Source: the human T2T-CHM13v2.0 reference genome, Homo sapiens. From it: a stretch of 64,000 bases of DNA. Location: the NCBI RefSeq assembly GCF_009914755.1, contig NC_060931.1. One strand, 5' to 3'. The notes under the pieces are model-generated. The model was not told where the DNA came from, searched no databases, and saw nothing but the letters and a program-made list of their open reading frames with translations. The stretch's first letter is position 1, and each line of letters starts with the position of its first letter. Made by a program: the position numbers and the translations under genes. Shown here piece after piece: positions 30,311 through 43,093 of the stretch.

Positions 30311-31561
30311 ATTTCTTGGAAGAAAACAGCTTTTTCCCATCTCTAGTACTTTTCATTTCAACAAGAATTTCATAGAAAAGCATCCTTTTGAAAGTATGTT
30401 CCTGGCGCAACTGGCAATATATCATCTCTATATTCAATATATAATTCAAGATAAAATCAAATATAGGTCAGGATGATTATTTTTGAAATGTATACCAATC
30501 AATGTATTGGAATAAAGACATAACTTCTACCTTTGATAACCTGGAAATATTTTTTGAGACACATAGTTTTGGATGTCAAAGGAAGAGAAAAAATGTTAGA
30601 GGCAGCTATGAGGATGCGACAAGGAATCCAGGCCAAGTTTTCAGGCAGGAATATGAAAGGGGTGATTAACGAATCATGAGCAGACCGACTTGACTAACCC
30701 ATAAAGGTGATGGCTACTTAACAGGCCTGGAAGCAGATGAGGTGTAGTCTCAAACCAGCTTAAGTATTGGGGGGCGATGGGGACAATATTGAGCACATAC
30801 TTATTAAATAATAGGAAAGTGTCAGTTATGCCTTTGGTGGCCAGGGCAAAAAGAGATTGGCAACAGGGGGATTTTCATGAAGCTCTTCTACAAATGCTAT
30901 CTGTGGGTTTGTTCAAAGCTTGAGCTCAAACAAGGTCATAGATGTAGAAAGGAGCGCACCTGTGTAAGGGGGATCTACTGGAGCATTCATGCCCCAACCT
31001 AACAGTGTGCAAAACACATTGTGCACTCTCCACAAGAACAGTGACATGTTTGAAGAATACTCATTCATTTTTTAAATATATTGATTATCCTTCAGAGTCA
31101 CAGTTAGGAAAATGTATGCAGTCTTAATCTTGAGATCTAAAGACCAGAAGAGTAAATGCAAATTTTACTAACGCAATATATTTTGCCATAAAATTTACCA
31201 TAAAATGATCATTCCACACTCTTCATCTCATGTGGATCATATAAGCCAACATGTTTTTATCAAAACTCCCATTATTATATTATTATTGACATTATTAGCA
31301 CAAAAAACAGGATTTGAAATGGAAAATAATAGCACCAAATGTATGTATTCAAATAATATCATTTACACAGGTATAGCCAACAGAGGATGAGATTAAAGAT
31401 CCATGACAAAATAAAGTGAAGAAAACAGAATTAAGAAATCCTGATGTACATAAAGTTAGTGTCTTCTCAAGTTTCTAAGAGAGTTCACTCTGAAAAGCCT
31501 GCAAATGCAAAGGAGCATTGTAAAGATTGCAGTGATGTGGGATCTCTCAAAGATACCCAGC

Positions 31562-32051
31562 TGTATTAGGGTTCTCCTGCGAAAATGGAAGATGCATACA
31601 TATAAAATGAGATTTGGCTCACCTAATTATGGAGGCCCAGAAGTCCCACAGCCTGCTTTTTGCAATCTTGGGAGAAGCAGCAAAACAGAAGGGTAATTCA
31701 GTTTTAGTCTAAAGACCTGAGAATGGGGGTAAGGTTTATTTGTGTAAGTCATAGAGTCCAAAAGCCAGAGAACAAGGAACAGCGATATCAGAGGGCAGGA
31801 GAAGATGGATGTCTCAGCTCAAAAAGAGAGCGCAAACTTGCCCCTCCTTTACATGTTTGTTCTATTCTGGCTCATAATAGATTAGTTAATGTTTGCCATC
31901 ATTGGTGAAGGCAATCTTCTTCACTCAGTCTTCAAATACAAATGCTAATACCTCCCAGAAATGCCCTCACAGATACATCCAGAGGTAATATTTTACCTGC
32001 TCTCTGGATATCCCTTAGCCCAGTCAAGTGGACACATACAATTAGCCATCA
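31562..32051 (-). mobile_element. MLT2B-type ERVL LTR
   Basis: TGTATTAGGGTTCTCC...ATGGAGGCCCAGAAGTCCCAC...CCCAGTCAAGTGGACACATACAATTAGCCATCA. Confidence 0.85.
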
Positions 32052-33468
32052 ATGCCATCTATGGAACCAAAATAGAAATCAGTACGGAAAGATCAGTGTG
32101 AGGCCATCAGCTGCAATAAGAAGGGGTAAAAGTCATATGCCAAATGTCCCGGCCCCCAAACTATGACCAATGACGCCCTTCTCTCGAGTTGATCATCTAC
32201 AATATTAGACAATGTGGTCATGAATAATAATTTACTTGTAACATTTTTAAATGAAGCTAATATGAGAAAATGGCCATAAGGATGTGATGCACTGTTAACT
32301 CTGACAGAATTATAAGTTATTTTACACCTCAAACTAGTAGCTTCTTTGTCTGTTAATAACATTTTACCTACTGGACACTGACATCATCCAGGAATTCTTA
32401 ATTCACATTCCAAATCTTTTAGTAGTGACTTTCAAGTAGCAGGGTTTGTCATGGTTTAACACTAAAATAATGACTTATTAAATTAGTAATTTATATACAT
32501 CATTAAATTAAATTATATATTAATCAGATTATTTGGTCATCAATCCAAGAGAATATTAATGAACTTGGTTAACCATGAGCTCATCCATTAAAGAGGAACA
32601 CTAGGGTCATTTTCAGACAATTCCAGTCATGCACAGTACATTACATTCTCGTGTCCTTAACCAGGGCCATAGAAAAAAAACAAGAAAAACTATTATTGGA
32701 AATTTACTTTGTCTCTACTCCTTTTTTCTTTGGGGACTTTGTTTTCTGTGCTCAATGTAATGGAGTTTATTAAGCCCTGCTCCAATTTAGATGGAATGCC
32801 TATTCTTCCACCCAAATTTTGAGACATTTTCTCCATGGGGATTCATATGTAAGAGTCCAATCACCTGCAGCAGTCAAAGAAAACAAAAGAGAAGATGACA
32901 TTTCTTGTCTTTGTTCACTTCACCTCCACCAGTCTCTAGGGGTCTGAGAATCCTACTAGGGAGCAGGCCAGGGAGCCAAGATTGTCTGTTTATTCGGTCT
33001 CATCCAGCAGCATTTTGTCCTGCAGCAAACAGATTTCTACCCTCCTTATAAAATATCCTTCCACAAGGGGCAGTTTATTCAGATCTGCTGTGGGATGTAT
33101 CCAGAACCTAAACATAAGCAGTGTTAATGAAGTCAGCTACATTCTAGCTGCAAAGAGTCTCTTATCTATAATCTTCATGGTGAGCACAAGTGATGGAGAG
33201 AATGCACTTTCAACTACATGCTGTCAATGAGCACCTGAATTCACCAACACTACAATTACTCCTCCTCCAGGTTTTTTGCAACATAACTTCACAAACATTC
33301 CTATGATTTACTATAATTTTAGTTGGAGTTTTTTTTATTGTTATTATTTGAGGACAAAACACCCTGTGTGACACAGAGTAGTTTTAATTCCATGCTCTCA
33401 GAGGCTTTTCTTGTCCTGACTTTGGGAAAGATGTAATCTGTCTCTTAGCCCATAGAAAGCTCCATTTC

Positions 33469-34201
33469 TGTGGCAGCCAGAATTTCAAAATGACCCCATG
33501 GTTACCACCCACTAGAGGAGACACCTGTGTAATACCTTGACCTTGAGTGTGAGCAGGTCTACTGAGCAGGATTTTCTAGGCACCACTTTCATTAGATTAT
33601 GTTACATATGATCCTGTTGTGGTAGAGAGCAGTAAACTATCCAGTTGACTTTCAAGAAGTGATTCTTGCCAGAGGTCCATGTGGCTAGAATTTGAGAATA
33701 GCTTTTAAATTATGAGAGTGATCCCCAGATACAAACCAGGAAGAAAACAGAAATCTCAGTCTTACCACTGCAAGGAAATGAATTCTGCCAACAGCCCAAA
33801 TAAGCTTGGAATGGGACCCTGAGTTTCAGATAAGGTTGCAGTGCTCATCAGCATCTTAATTTTAGCTTGGTGAGAGACTGAGCAGAGGACGTAATTAACC
33901 TGTGCCTGAACTCCTGACCCTCAGAAACTGCAGGAAATACATGTGTCTTGTTTTTTGTTGTTGTTTGTTTGTTTTGTTTGTATTTATTTATTTATTTTGA
34001 GACGGATTTTCACTCTTGTTGCCCAGGTTGGAGTGGAATGGCGTGATCTTGGCTCTACTGCAATCTCTGCCTCCCGTTTTCGAGTGGTTCTCCTGCCTCA
34101 GCCTCCCGAGTAGCTGGGATTACAGGCATGTGCCACACGTGTGTTGTTTTAAGCCACTGTATCTGTGGTGATTTGTTCTCCAGCAATAGAAAAGCAACAC
34201 A
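33469..34201 (+). mobile_element. MLT1E/F-type MaLR LTR, interrupted by an Alu
   Basis: TGTGGCAGCCAGAATTTCAAAATGACCCC...GCAAGGAAATGAATTCTGCCAAC...TGTTTTAAGCCACT...CAGCAATAGAAAAGCAACACA. Confidence 0.8.
33950..34138 (-). mobile_element. 5'-truncated Alu (right arm only, Sp/Sq-like) with (TTTG/TTTA)n tail
   Basis: GAGACGGATTTTCACTCTTGTTGCCCAGG...TACAGGCATGTGCCAC. TSD approximately TGTGT(C)TTGTTTT. Confidence 0.9.
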
Positions 34202-35408
34202 ATCTTCCTGCAACCTCTACTGCACTACCTACTGTAAATTCTGGAGGAATATCACCAGTATCTATAAAAGTGAAATATGCACTGTGAATTAGTATTTTTG
34301 CAAAAATCAGTGTAACATATATGTCTAAAGTTTGCATAAATCTCAAATACTTAAACAATGAGACTTGAGTTGTAATCAATGATAATTTGGTACAAAATAT
34401 TGCAATCTAGGTAACATTTATTTTCAAACTTGATGTTTTATATGTATTTTATTTCCTTAGCAGTAACCTATCCGGTTTCAACTATCTTAAATGTGTTATG
34501 TGGTTTCTACTGCTTCACAATTCAACTCATAATATCCTAATTCAAGTAGAGAATAACAAAATCAGCACTACATATTCTTTTGAAATTCCTGAGCAAATTT
34601 AGATGACAGGTGTAGAAATTGCATGACTAATTCAGAGGATATGAGATTGAAAAGCCGTATACTAGCTGGCACATATGATATTTCCATCTCATTCAATTCA
34701 GAGAGCGTAGCCCTCAGAATCACCTTTTATTAGCAAAACATTTGAGGACTGATATAAATTTGAATAAGTGGCAAAGCAATTTGTCATAGATCAAAATGCC
34801 TTTCCTTCTTTGCTACTACAAGCATTTAAAGCCTTCTTGCATGTTTACGTTCATTAATTTCACTCCATGGGCATACTGTAGCATGATAAAGCACTGGAAA
34901 ACAAAATACTGCATTGATAAGTACTTTAAAATGCTTATAAGCTTCAAATTGAATTATTTGTCTAAATAAGATTATCTGATTATAAAAGGAAATAAATATT
35001 CATTGTGGTTAATGTGGCAATTACAGATAAACAAAATAAAACATCAGGAGTACTTCCAGAATTCAGTTTTAAACATTCTTAGTAATATAGAATGTATCTG
35101 CAAAACATTTGAAAATAAGTAATTGTTAGGTTAAAAATAAAGACATTTGTACTAAAAACAATTCAAAAATAAAATTAAGAAATCATCTTATTTACAATGA
35201 TATCAAAACAAAGAATATACTTAAAAATAAGCTTAATCAAAGAGGTGAAAGATTTGTATAATGAAAACTACTAAACTTTAATAAAAGAAATTAATGGAAA
35301 GATAGCTTGTGTTTGTGAATTGGGAGATTTAATATCGTTAACATGTTCATACTAGGCAAAGTGATCTACAGATTCAATGCAATCCCTATCAAAATTCAAA
35401 TGGCATTC

Positions 35409-35760
35409 TGCTATGTTCTGAATGCCTCTGCACCTTCAAAATGCGTATGTTGAAATTCTGCCTACAAAGTCTATGGTATTATGAGGTGAGGTTTTTGAGG
35501 TAATTAGTCTTGAGAACAGAGCCCTCTTAATTGGGATTAGTGCTGTTATAGAGGAGACCCAAGAGAGATACGTACTCCTTTCTGCCATGTAAGGTTAGAG
35601 AGAGAAGGTGTCTGTCTATGAGGAAATGTGCTGTCAGTAGACACCAAATCTGCCAGCACCTATTTGACTTCCAGCCTCCAGAACTGTGAGAAATAATTTC
35701 TACTTTTTATGACACCCAGCCTATGTTCCTTTGTTATAGTAGCCAGAATAAACAAAAACA
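35409..35760 (+). mobile_element. MLT1A/MLT1A0 LTR nested in L1
   Basis: TGCTATGTTCTGAATG...GAGCCCTCTTAATTGGGATTAGTGC...GACTTCCAGCCTCCAGAACTGTGAGAAATAA. Confidence 0.85.
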
Positions 35761-36072
35761 CAATGTTTACAACAATTAAAATAACCCTAACATTTATATG
35801 ATACCACAAAAGACCCCAAATAGGGAAAACAGTCTTGAGAAAGAAGAACAAAGTTGGAGGCCTAACACTTCCTGATTGTAAATTATAGTGTAATGCTACA
35901 GTGACCAAAAGAGTGTGTTCATGGCATAAAAGTAGACATACAGACAAACAGAACAGAATAGAAATTTCAGATATAAATCCATGCATATACACTAAAGCGA
36001 TCTTCAAAAAGGGTGCAAAAACACACAATGGGGAGAGGTAGTCTCTTCAACAAATGGTACTGGGAAAGCTGG

Positions 36073-36596
36073 TGTTGTGTTTTCTCCTAATTTCTTCATG
36101 AGGTCTCTCACTGGAGAACTGCTGTGAACCCTAGCCCAGAGAGGGCTACAGGGATTTGGTTCTGGATGTTAATAGTGTGCCCATCCTAGGCACTTCTTTA
36201 TCCTGGTGAGTGACCTAATGCCTTTGTGTTCAACCCATGATCTAGTAAGTCTCTGAGAGAAAAGTTGTTTATACTATCAGACAGCACTCTGGCTCTTGCC
36301 TGCTCTGTGTCCAGCTTATTCCTACCAAGATAATCAATCTCTAGGAAAGCCCTGGCCAGGAAGAGAGTTAGGTTCGGGCGTATGGGTCAGGTGAGACACA
36401 AAGGAGACCTCGCAGGTCAAGACACAAAAACCACAGAAGCAATTTTAATATTTAGAGATTCCGGTGAGAAGAAGGCAGCACACTTTGTGGGGCCAACTGT
36501 CTCAAGGGTGGCCGAAACCTGCTTCTGGAATGAGAAACTCCAACTTATATTCAAAATTGATGCTGAGTCAACACTTAATTATAGGAATTCACTACA
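36073..36596 (-). mobile_element. ERVL LTR (MER54-like), internally deleted, nested in L1
   Basis: TG...CA ends and TSD GCTGG/ACTGG. Homologous to 7311-8186 but about 350 bp shorter. Confidence 0.7.
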
Positions 36597-39385
36597 ACTG
36601 GATAAGCACATGCAAAAAACAAAACAAAACAACAACAACCAAAAAAACCCACCAAAACTATAACTGTCTTACAACATGTATAAAACCAAACTCAAAACTG
36701 ATGAAAAATTTAAACATAAGACTTAAAACTGCAAAACTCTTGAAAGAAAACATACAGAGAAAGCTTCGTAACACTGGACTTGGCAATTATTTCTTAGATA
36801 TGACAATAAAACCACAAATGACAAAAGAAAAATTAGACAAGCAGAAAAAAGCTTCTCCATAGCAAAGGAAACAATCAACAGAGTAAAAAGGCAGCCTACA
36901 GAATGAAGGAAATACCTGCAAACCATACATACCATAATGATGATCCTTATACATGGTTTGAAAATATATATATATGGAACTCCTACAACTCAACAGCAAA
37001 AATCACAAATCAACCAATTTAAAAATGGGCAAGAGACTTGAATAGACATTTCTCCAAAGAAGACATTTAAATGGCCAACAGGTATTTAAAAAAATGTTCA
37101 ATATCACTGATCATCAGGGAAATGCAAATCAAAACCATACTATTAGGATGACAATTAGCAAAGAGACAGAAGTGTTGGTGAGCATGTGGAGAAATTAAAA
37201 TCTATGTATACTATTGGTAGAAATGTAAAAAGGTACAGCTACTATGAAAAACATTACAGAGGTTTCTTAAAGAATTAAAAATCGAATCACTATGTGACCC
37301 AGCAATCTCACTTCTGGATATATATTTTAAAAGTTGAAATCAGCATCTCAAAAGATATTTGCACAGTCATGTTCATTGCAGCATTATTCATAATAGCCAA
37401 GATATAGAAACAATCTATGTGCTTGTTGACAGAAGAAGGGATTACAAAAAGCCAACTATGGTATATAAATATAAGGGAGTATTATTTAACCTAAAAAGGA
37501 AGACATTCTGCCCTATGTGACAACAAGGATGAACAGGAGGACATAATGCTAAGTGAAATTAGCCAGTCACTGAAGAATAATACTGCATCATTTCACTTAT
37601 ATGAGTTATCTTAAAAAAAAAAACAAAAAAAAATTGTTTACATTTACGTATATTTGATAATGATAAAATTGAATTTTTTAATATAGAATGACCACTATTA
37701 TTGTCCCTTAATATAGTTAATGGCAAATATGTTAACATGTTTTACTTCTTTCTGGGAGGTATCAATTATCAAATGTGTTAGAATATTTACTATTTTTTTT
37801 TTACTTTTGTTGTTGTTTTAAGTGTTTGCATTTGTGTGGGTATACGATTTGACATTTAGAAGTCAATATCCAAGTAAATATCCAAGTAGTCAAAAGCAAT
37901 TGACATACTACTTTCTGATTTTGATCTATGGTCTTGTACTTAGAAAAACTTTCTCCATCACTAAGTATATTAAAAAAATCCTAGCATTCCTGGAAAAGTA
38001 ATGAGCACATAGAAACGCTTAAAAGAGCTTCACTTTTCTCTTAACCAGTAAATTCCATCAATAAACATTTGCAAGAGATTTTGATGAGGGTTCAATTTGC
38101 CTGTTTTCCTAAGAAAGGGGAAATAAATTATTATTCCACTTTTAATTCTTTTCTTCACAACAATGAAGTTCATTTTTTTAACCTTTAAATCTTTGATTAA
38201 TTTCTATTTGAATTCATACATTTTTGAAGTAATAAAGTGAGTGTTTTTTTCTTGAAAATATATATTTTTATTTTTTGTTTGTTTAGGGGAAGGTTGGATT
38301 ATGAATACCCTTTATATTCAGATTCACTAATTATTTTGGAAGGTCTAATAAACTTATCTTCTATTTATGTTTAATGTATGCTTTCTTAATATTTCACTTG
38401 GATTCTCAATAAATATTTAGGCAAGGGATATCAAAACAATGCCAAATGACTATATTTCAACTCAAAGAGCTGTTAAGAAGACATATATCCCCACGTTTCC
38501 CCATTTTACACAGAGTGGGGGTCCAGTAGGTTACTTAGAATCATGTTTGTAAGAAACTTCAAAAAAGAACGGTCCATGGGTTCTCTGATTCATTGTTGCA
38601 TTTAAAATATTGTTTATTGTTCATAATATAATACCTTTCCAAATTTATTTACTCAATATCACATATCTAGTTCTTGAAACAGTTTCTAAGGTATAAAAGG
38701 CATTCTAGAAATATTTTTAGAAAAACTGATTACTTTTTAGAAATTTGTGAAGCTTGCTAATTTTACAAAATGTCCATTTGCTAAGAAACTTATTTGGGAA
38801 TAAAAGGCTATTGGATTGTTACTCAGCTCTTACATAAGCCTGGAAACCTGAAGCAACCAGCATTTGAAAATATTATAACTTACTATGTTTCAGTGGGAGT
38901 CAAATATCTGTTAAACCAAACCTGCAAAAAGGCTTAATCCCTGTGGTAATATAAAAAAAAAATAACAGAAGCTCCAATGATCTTAAATTTATACCTGTAT
39001 TATAGAACACACAGTCTATTTTCATAAATCACTTGAAATTTGTTTATGGATTAGAGAAAGCAGGAGTTTTCAGTTCTCTAAGCAATAAACTACTCTACAT
39101 TTTTAATTAGATGTTGCTTGCAATTAAATCAAATGCCATGTATTCACTGAAAAGTCCACATAATACTAGATGTAAAACTAATCCCTAATTTGAAGCAAAA
39201 ATTATAACATTTATACTATAAATTAGAAAATTCTTCCTCACCCAATTAAGATTTGGCATTAAGGAGAATACTTAGCCATGTAGACATAATTATGTAAGGT
39301 CATTTGTCACTGGTTCCATGATGTTTCCAAAACTAACTAGGCTCAGATTCAGAAAAACCTGCATTAAAGGAGAGGTATATGATTA

Positions 39386-39713
<328 letters not shown>

Positions 39714-40179
39714 TTAATTTCTTTCTGAACAAATCAAATCTGATTATTCAGTTGAGGTTCTCAATTGCCTTTTTTGCTTCTGTAGAGACTGGTCTCTAGC
39801 AAATAAGAAACACTAATTCAACTGATATTTTTGAAAAATTACAAGACCTGGGCATACAGAGTGCTATGAAGAGTGCCTAAGAAGAAGCCATGTTTCAGAC
39901 ATCCTGGCCAGAGACCAGACATGGACATCACATCAATCACATATGCAAGTCAGTCTTCATTTCCAGTCACTTCTTTTTTCCTGCCAAAGCTTTCATGTAC
40001 CCTAAGTCTTTGAACAAAGGCTGTTGCTTCACTGACCTGAATTGTTAACGCAAACGAAATTGATTATCAGTACCAATGCTACATCTCATCACTCATGAAG
40101 AGAAGAGTTCAAAATGGAAAGAGCCATTTACTAGGTGTGTGACTTTGTCAAGCGTCTTAACTACCTTTCATCTCACTCA

Positions 40180-40653
40180 GCCATTCATTTATACATTGAA
40201 CAAGTGTGTGTGTGTGTGTGTACGTGCATGCACGTGTATATGAAGAAAGAGAGGAAGGAGGACAACCAGCTGTGTCAGGTACCACTGCAGGCTCTGGAGA
40301 GATAGGAGTAAGCCGAGTGCATAAAAATATAGAAACCTCAACCTTCATTGAAAGTGACAGGTGATGACAACTGCCATGAATGAAGAATAAAGAAAGAGAT
40401 AGAAAAGGCTATGGCAGGGTGAGTGTTTGCTCTTTAGAAGGGCTGTCAGAGGAGGGTCTACTGAGAAGGTGACAAGCAGAGAACTGAGGAGGATAAGAAG
40501 CAACAAGCAAATTGGGGTGAGAACAGTCCAGGCAGAGGAAGCACCTGTGCTGGAGGCTGGGCAGCAAATGCCTATGCTTGGAAGAAGCAGCCAGGGCACT
40601 GGGGCTGAGCATGTCAGGCAAGGGGAGTGTGGCCAGAGTGGGAGGAGAGGATG
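40180..40653 (-). mobile_element. L2 3' region with an embedded (TG)n tract
   Basis: CATTCATTTATACATTGAACAAG...TGTGTCAGGTACCACTGCAGGCTCTGGAGA...GTCAGAGGAGGGTCTACTGAGAAGGTGAC. Confidence 0.7.
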
Positions 40654-40657
40654 CTGG

Positions 40658-41504
40658 TTAAATGGGAAAGGTTCCCTTGTCCCCTTCCAGGGCGTGCAAG
40701 GGGGTGGAGCTCACTTCCTCAGGGACCCGCTGCTCAAACCTCTAGGGAGGCATACAGATAGGCAGGTTGTGGGGCTCTGTACCCCAAGGCAATGTCTAGG
40801 GGTGAATGTTTACAGCTGAAGCCCCAGTGGACATGTTACAGGGTGCTCCTTTAGTTTGCCGTCTTTTAATAGCCTGGCTTGTGTTAACCAGGTCGATTAG
40901 ACCTTCTACCTTGTCGCAAGGACACAGGACTTTCTGTATCCTGGGTTCTTTCCTTGATGTACGGGAAGAATCGGATCACATATGGGCTTGGGGAATGAGT
41001 GCAAAGTTTTATTGAGTGAAAGTAGCTCTCAGTCGATATAGGAGACAGAAGGGAAACGGTTTTCTCCTAGAGTTCTGCCACTTGGTGGCCCCTGCTCTCC
41101 TCTGACTGCCCCAGCCAAACTCTGCCTAGTCCCGCCGGTCAATGGCCTGCCATCTGGCGTACCAGAATCTCTCGGTGAGCTCTTTTGCCGGCGTGCTCCC
41201 TCAACGTCCTCTTGCCATCGAGCCGCTGTGTCCTCTTCTGCTGATCTGCTTCGCTCTATGTCCAGCCGCCTGTGTATCTGATCACTAGGGTGTGGGGTTA
41301 TTATAGGCCCAGGATGGGGCCATGGTGGGCCAGGGTAGTCTTGGAAAATGCAACATTTGGGCCTGAAAGCAGGAGTGCCTGTCCTCACCTAGGTCTGTGG
41401 GGGTGGAGCCCTAGCCAGGGACTCGCCTTTCTCTACTTCCCTGTCCTCCCTTTTTGAATCATTTAAAGGGACTATGCTCTTCCCTTTCCAGTACCTCCGT
41501 ATCA
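40658..41504 (-). mobile_element. LTR1-family (ERV1) solo LTR
   Basis: Reverse complement starts TGATACGGAGGTACTGGAAAGGGAAGAGCATAGTCCCTTTAAATGA. GC-rich. Flanked by CTGG at 40654-40657 and 41505-41508. Confidence 0.8.
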
Positions 41505-41615
41505 CTGGAGAGTAACAGGTACTGGATATTCTTGGGCCCATGGATTATAGAAATGTAACTAAGCCTATTTTCCCCTTCTGAAAGGGTTTTTCTGCCTTAA
41601 GAATGTCACTCTTTT

Positions 41616-42315
41616 ATGGCTATTATTAAAATGTCAATAAACAACAGATGCTGGCAAGGTTGTGGAGAAATGGAAATGGTTATAACCTGTTGGTGGAAGC
41701 GTACACTAGTTCAACCATTGTGGAAAACAGTGTGGCAATTCCTTAAAGACCAAAAAAACAGAACTACCACTCGACCAGCAATCCCATTACTGGGTATATG
41801 CCAAAAGGAATAGAAATCATTCTATTATAAAGATGCATGCATGCGTATGTTCATTCCAGCACTCTTTACAACAGCAAACACATGGAATCAACCAAAATCC
41901 CATCAATGATAGACTGGATAAAGAAAATGTGGTACAGCTATACCATGCACTACTATGAAGCCATAAAAAAGAATGAGATAATGTCCTTTGCAGGAACATG
42001 GATGGAGCTGGAGGCCATTATCTTTGGCAAACTGATGCAGGAACAGAAAACCAAATACCACATGTTCACATGTTCTCACTTACAAGTGTGAGCTCAATGA
42101 TGAGAACACATAGACACACAGAGAAAAACAACACACACTTTGGCCTATTGAAGGGTGGAGGATGGGAGGAGGGAGAGGATCAAGAAAAAGAAAAATAATG
42201 GGTACTAGGCTTAATTTTGATTGATGAAATAATATGTACAACAAACCCCCATGACACAAGTTTACCTATATAACAAACCCAGACATGTACCCTTTAACTT
42301 AAAATAAAATTTTAA
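41616..42315 (+). mobile_element. L1PA14-16 5'-truncated 3' end
   Basis: ORF2 C-terminus (LVQPLWKTVW; IMSFAGTWMELEAII). 3'UTR ACAAACCCCCATGACACAAGTTTACC and AATAAA. TSD approximately GTCA(C/T)TCTTTT. Confidence 0.9.
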
Positions 42316-42652
42316 AAAGTCATTCTTTTTAAGGTGGACATGTAAACAACCAATGGATATTTTGTAACTTGTGTTATTTACCAGCTATCTGCCTTAAATC
42401 AATTGACTATATAGCCCGTGTGATCTTTCATATATTAATCCAAAAGAGTAACAATTGAGGTAGTAGCATGGGCAATTGGGGTAAATCTGAACACATAAGA
42501 GGAGTGACTTCAAATTTTTTTACCAGTAAATATCACTACCAATATATTCCACCCCGTGAAATTTATATAGTAATGATGTCAGTGTTATAATCATTCTAGC
42601 TAGGGAGAATAAAGAAGAACTCAAAAAATGTTTGTTAGATATTAAGTATGGG

Positions 42653-43093
42653 GGCCGGGTACAGTGGCTCAAGCCTGTAATCTCAGCACTTTGGGAGGCC
42701 AAGGCAGCCACATCACCTGAGGTAAGGAGTTTGAGAAAAGCCTGGCCAACAGGTGAAACCCCATCTCTACTAAAAATACAAAAATTAGCTGGGCATGGTG
42801 GCGCATGCATGTAGTCCCAGCTACTCAGGAGGCTGAAGCAGGAGAATTGCTTGAACCAGGGAGTCAGAGGTTGCCGTGAGCCGAGATCGCACCACTGCAC
42901 TCCAGTCTGGCAACAGAGCAAGAGTCTGTCTCAAAAAAAAAAAAAAAAAAAAAATTAGCCAGGCATGGTGGCATGTGCCTGTAATCCCAGCTACTCAGGC
43001 AGCTGAGGCAGGAGAATTGCTTGAACCCGGGAGGTGGTGTTGGCAGTGAGCCAAGATTGTGCCATTGCACTCCAGTCTGGGCAACAGAGCAAT
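42653..43093 (+). mobile_element. Trimeric Alu: AluS dimer plus poly-A plus a second, tail-less right arm
   Basis: Full dimer to about 42950, then AAAATTAGCCAGGCATGGTG...GGCAACAGAGCAA fused to the MSTA LTR. Confidence 0.9.

Larger units (their letters stand above)
35140..37612 (+). mobile_element. L1MA/L1MB ORF2 3' half to 3'UTR, interrupted by two LTRs
   Basis: GATCTACAGATTCAATGCAATCCCTATCAAAAT, GACTTGAATAGACATTTCTCCAAAGAAGAC and CAGCATTATTCATAATAGCCAAGAT. Confidence 0.85.

Noticed and set aside
37613-37633. A-run ending the L1MA/MB early, a possible third 3'-truncated insertion
   Set aside because: No convincing TSD found at the 5' side.
37865-37888. Small tandem duplications (AATATCCAAGTA twice; similar ones at about 19678-19717, 42059-42076 and 50663-50698)
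   Set aside because: Ordinary slippage duplications.
40427-41457. GC-rich region with 119-130 aa ORFs, a possible CpG island
   Set aside because: Explained by L2 plus the LTR1 solo LTR.
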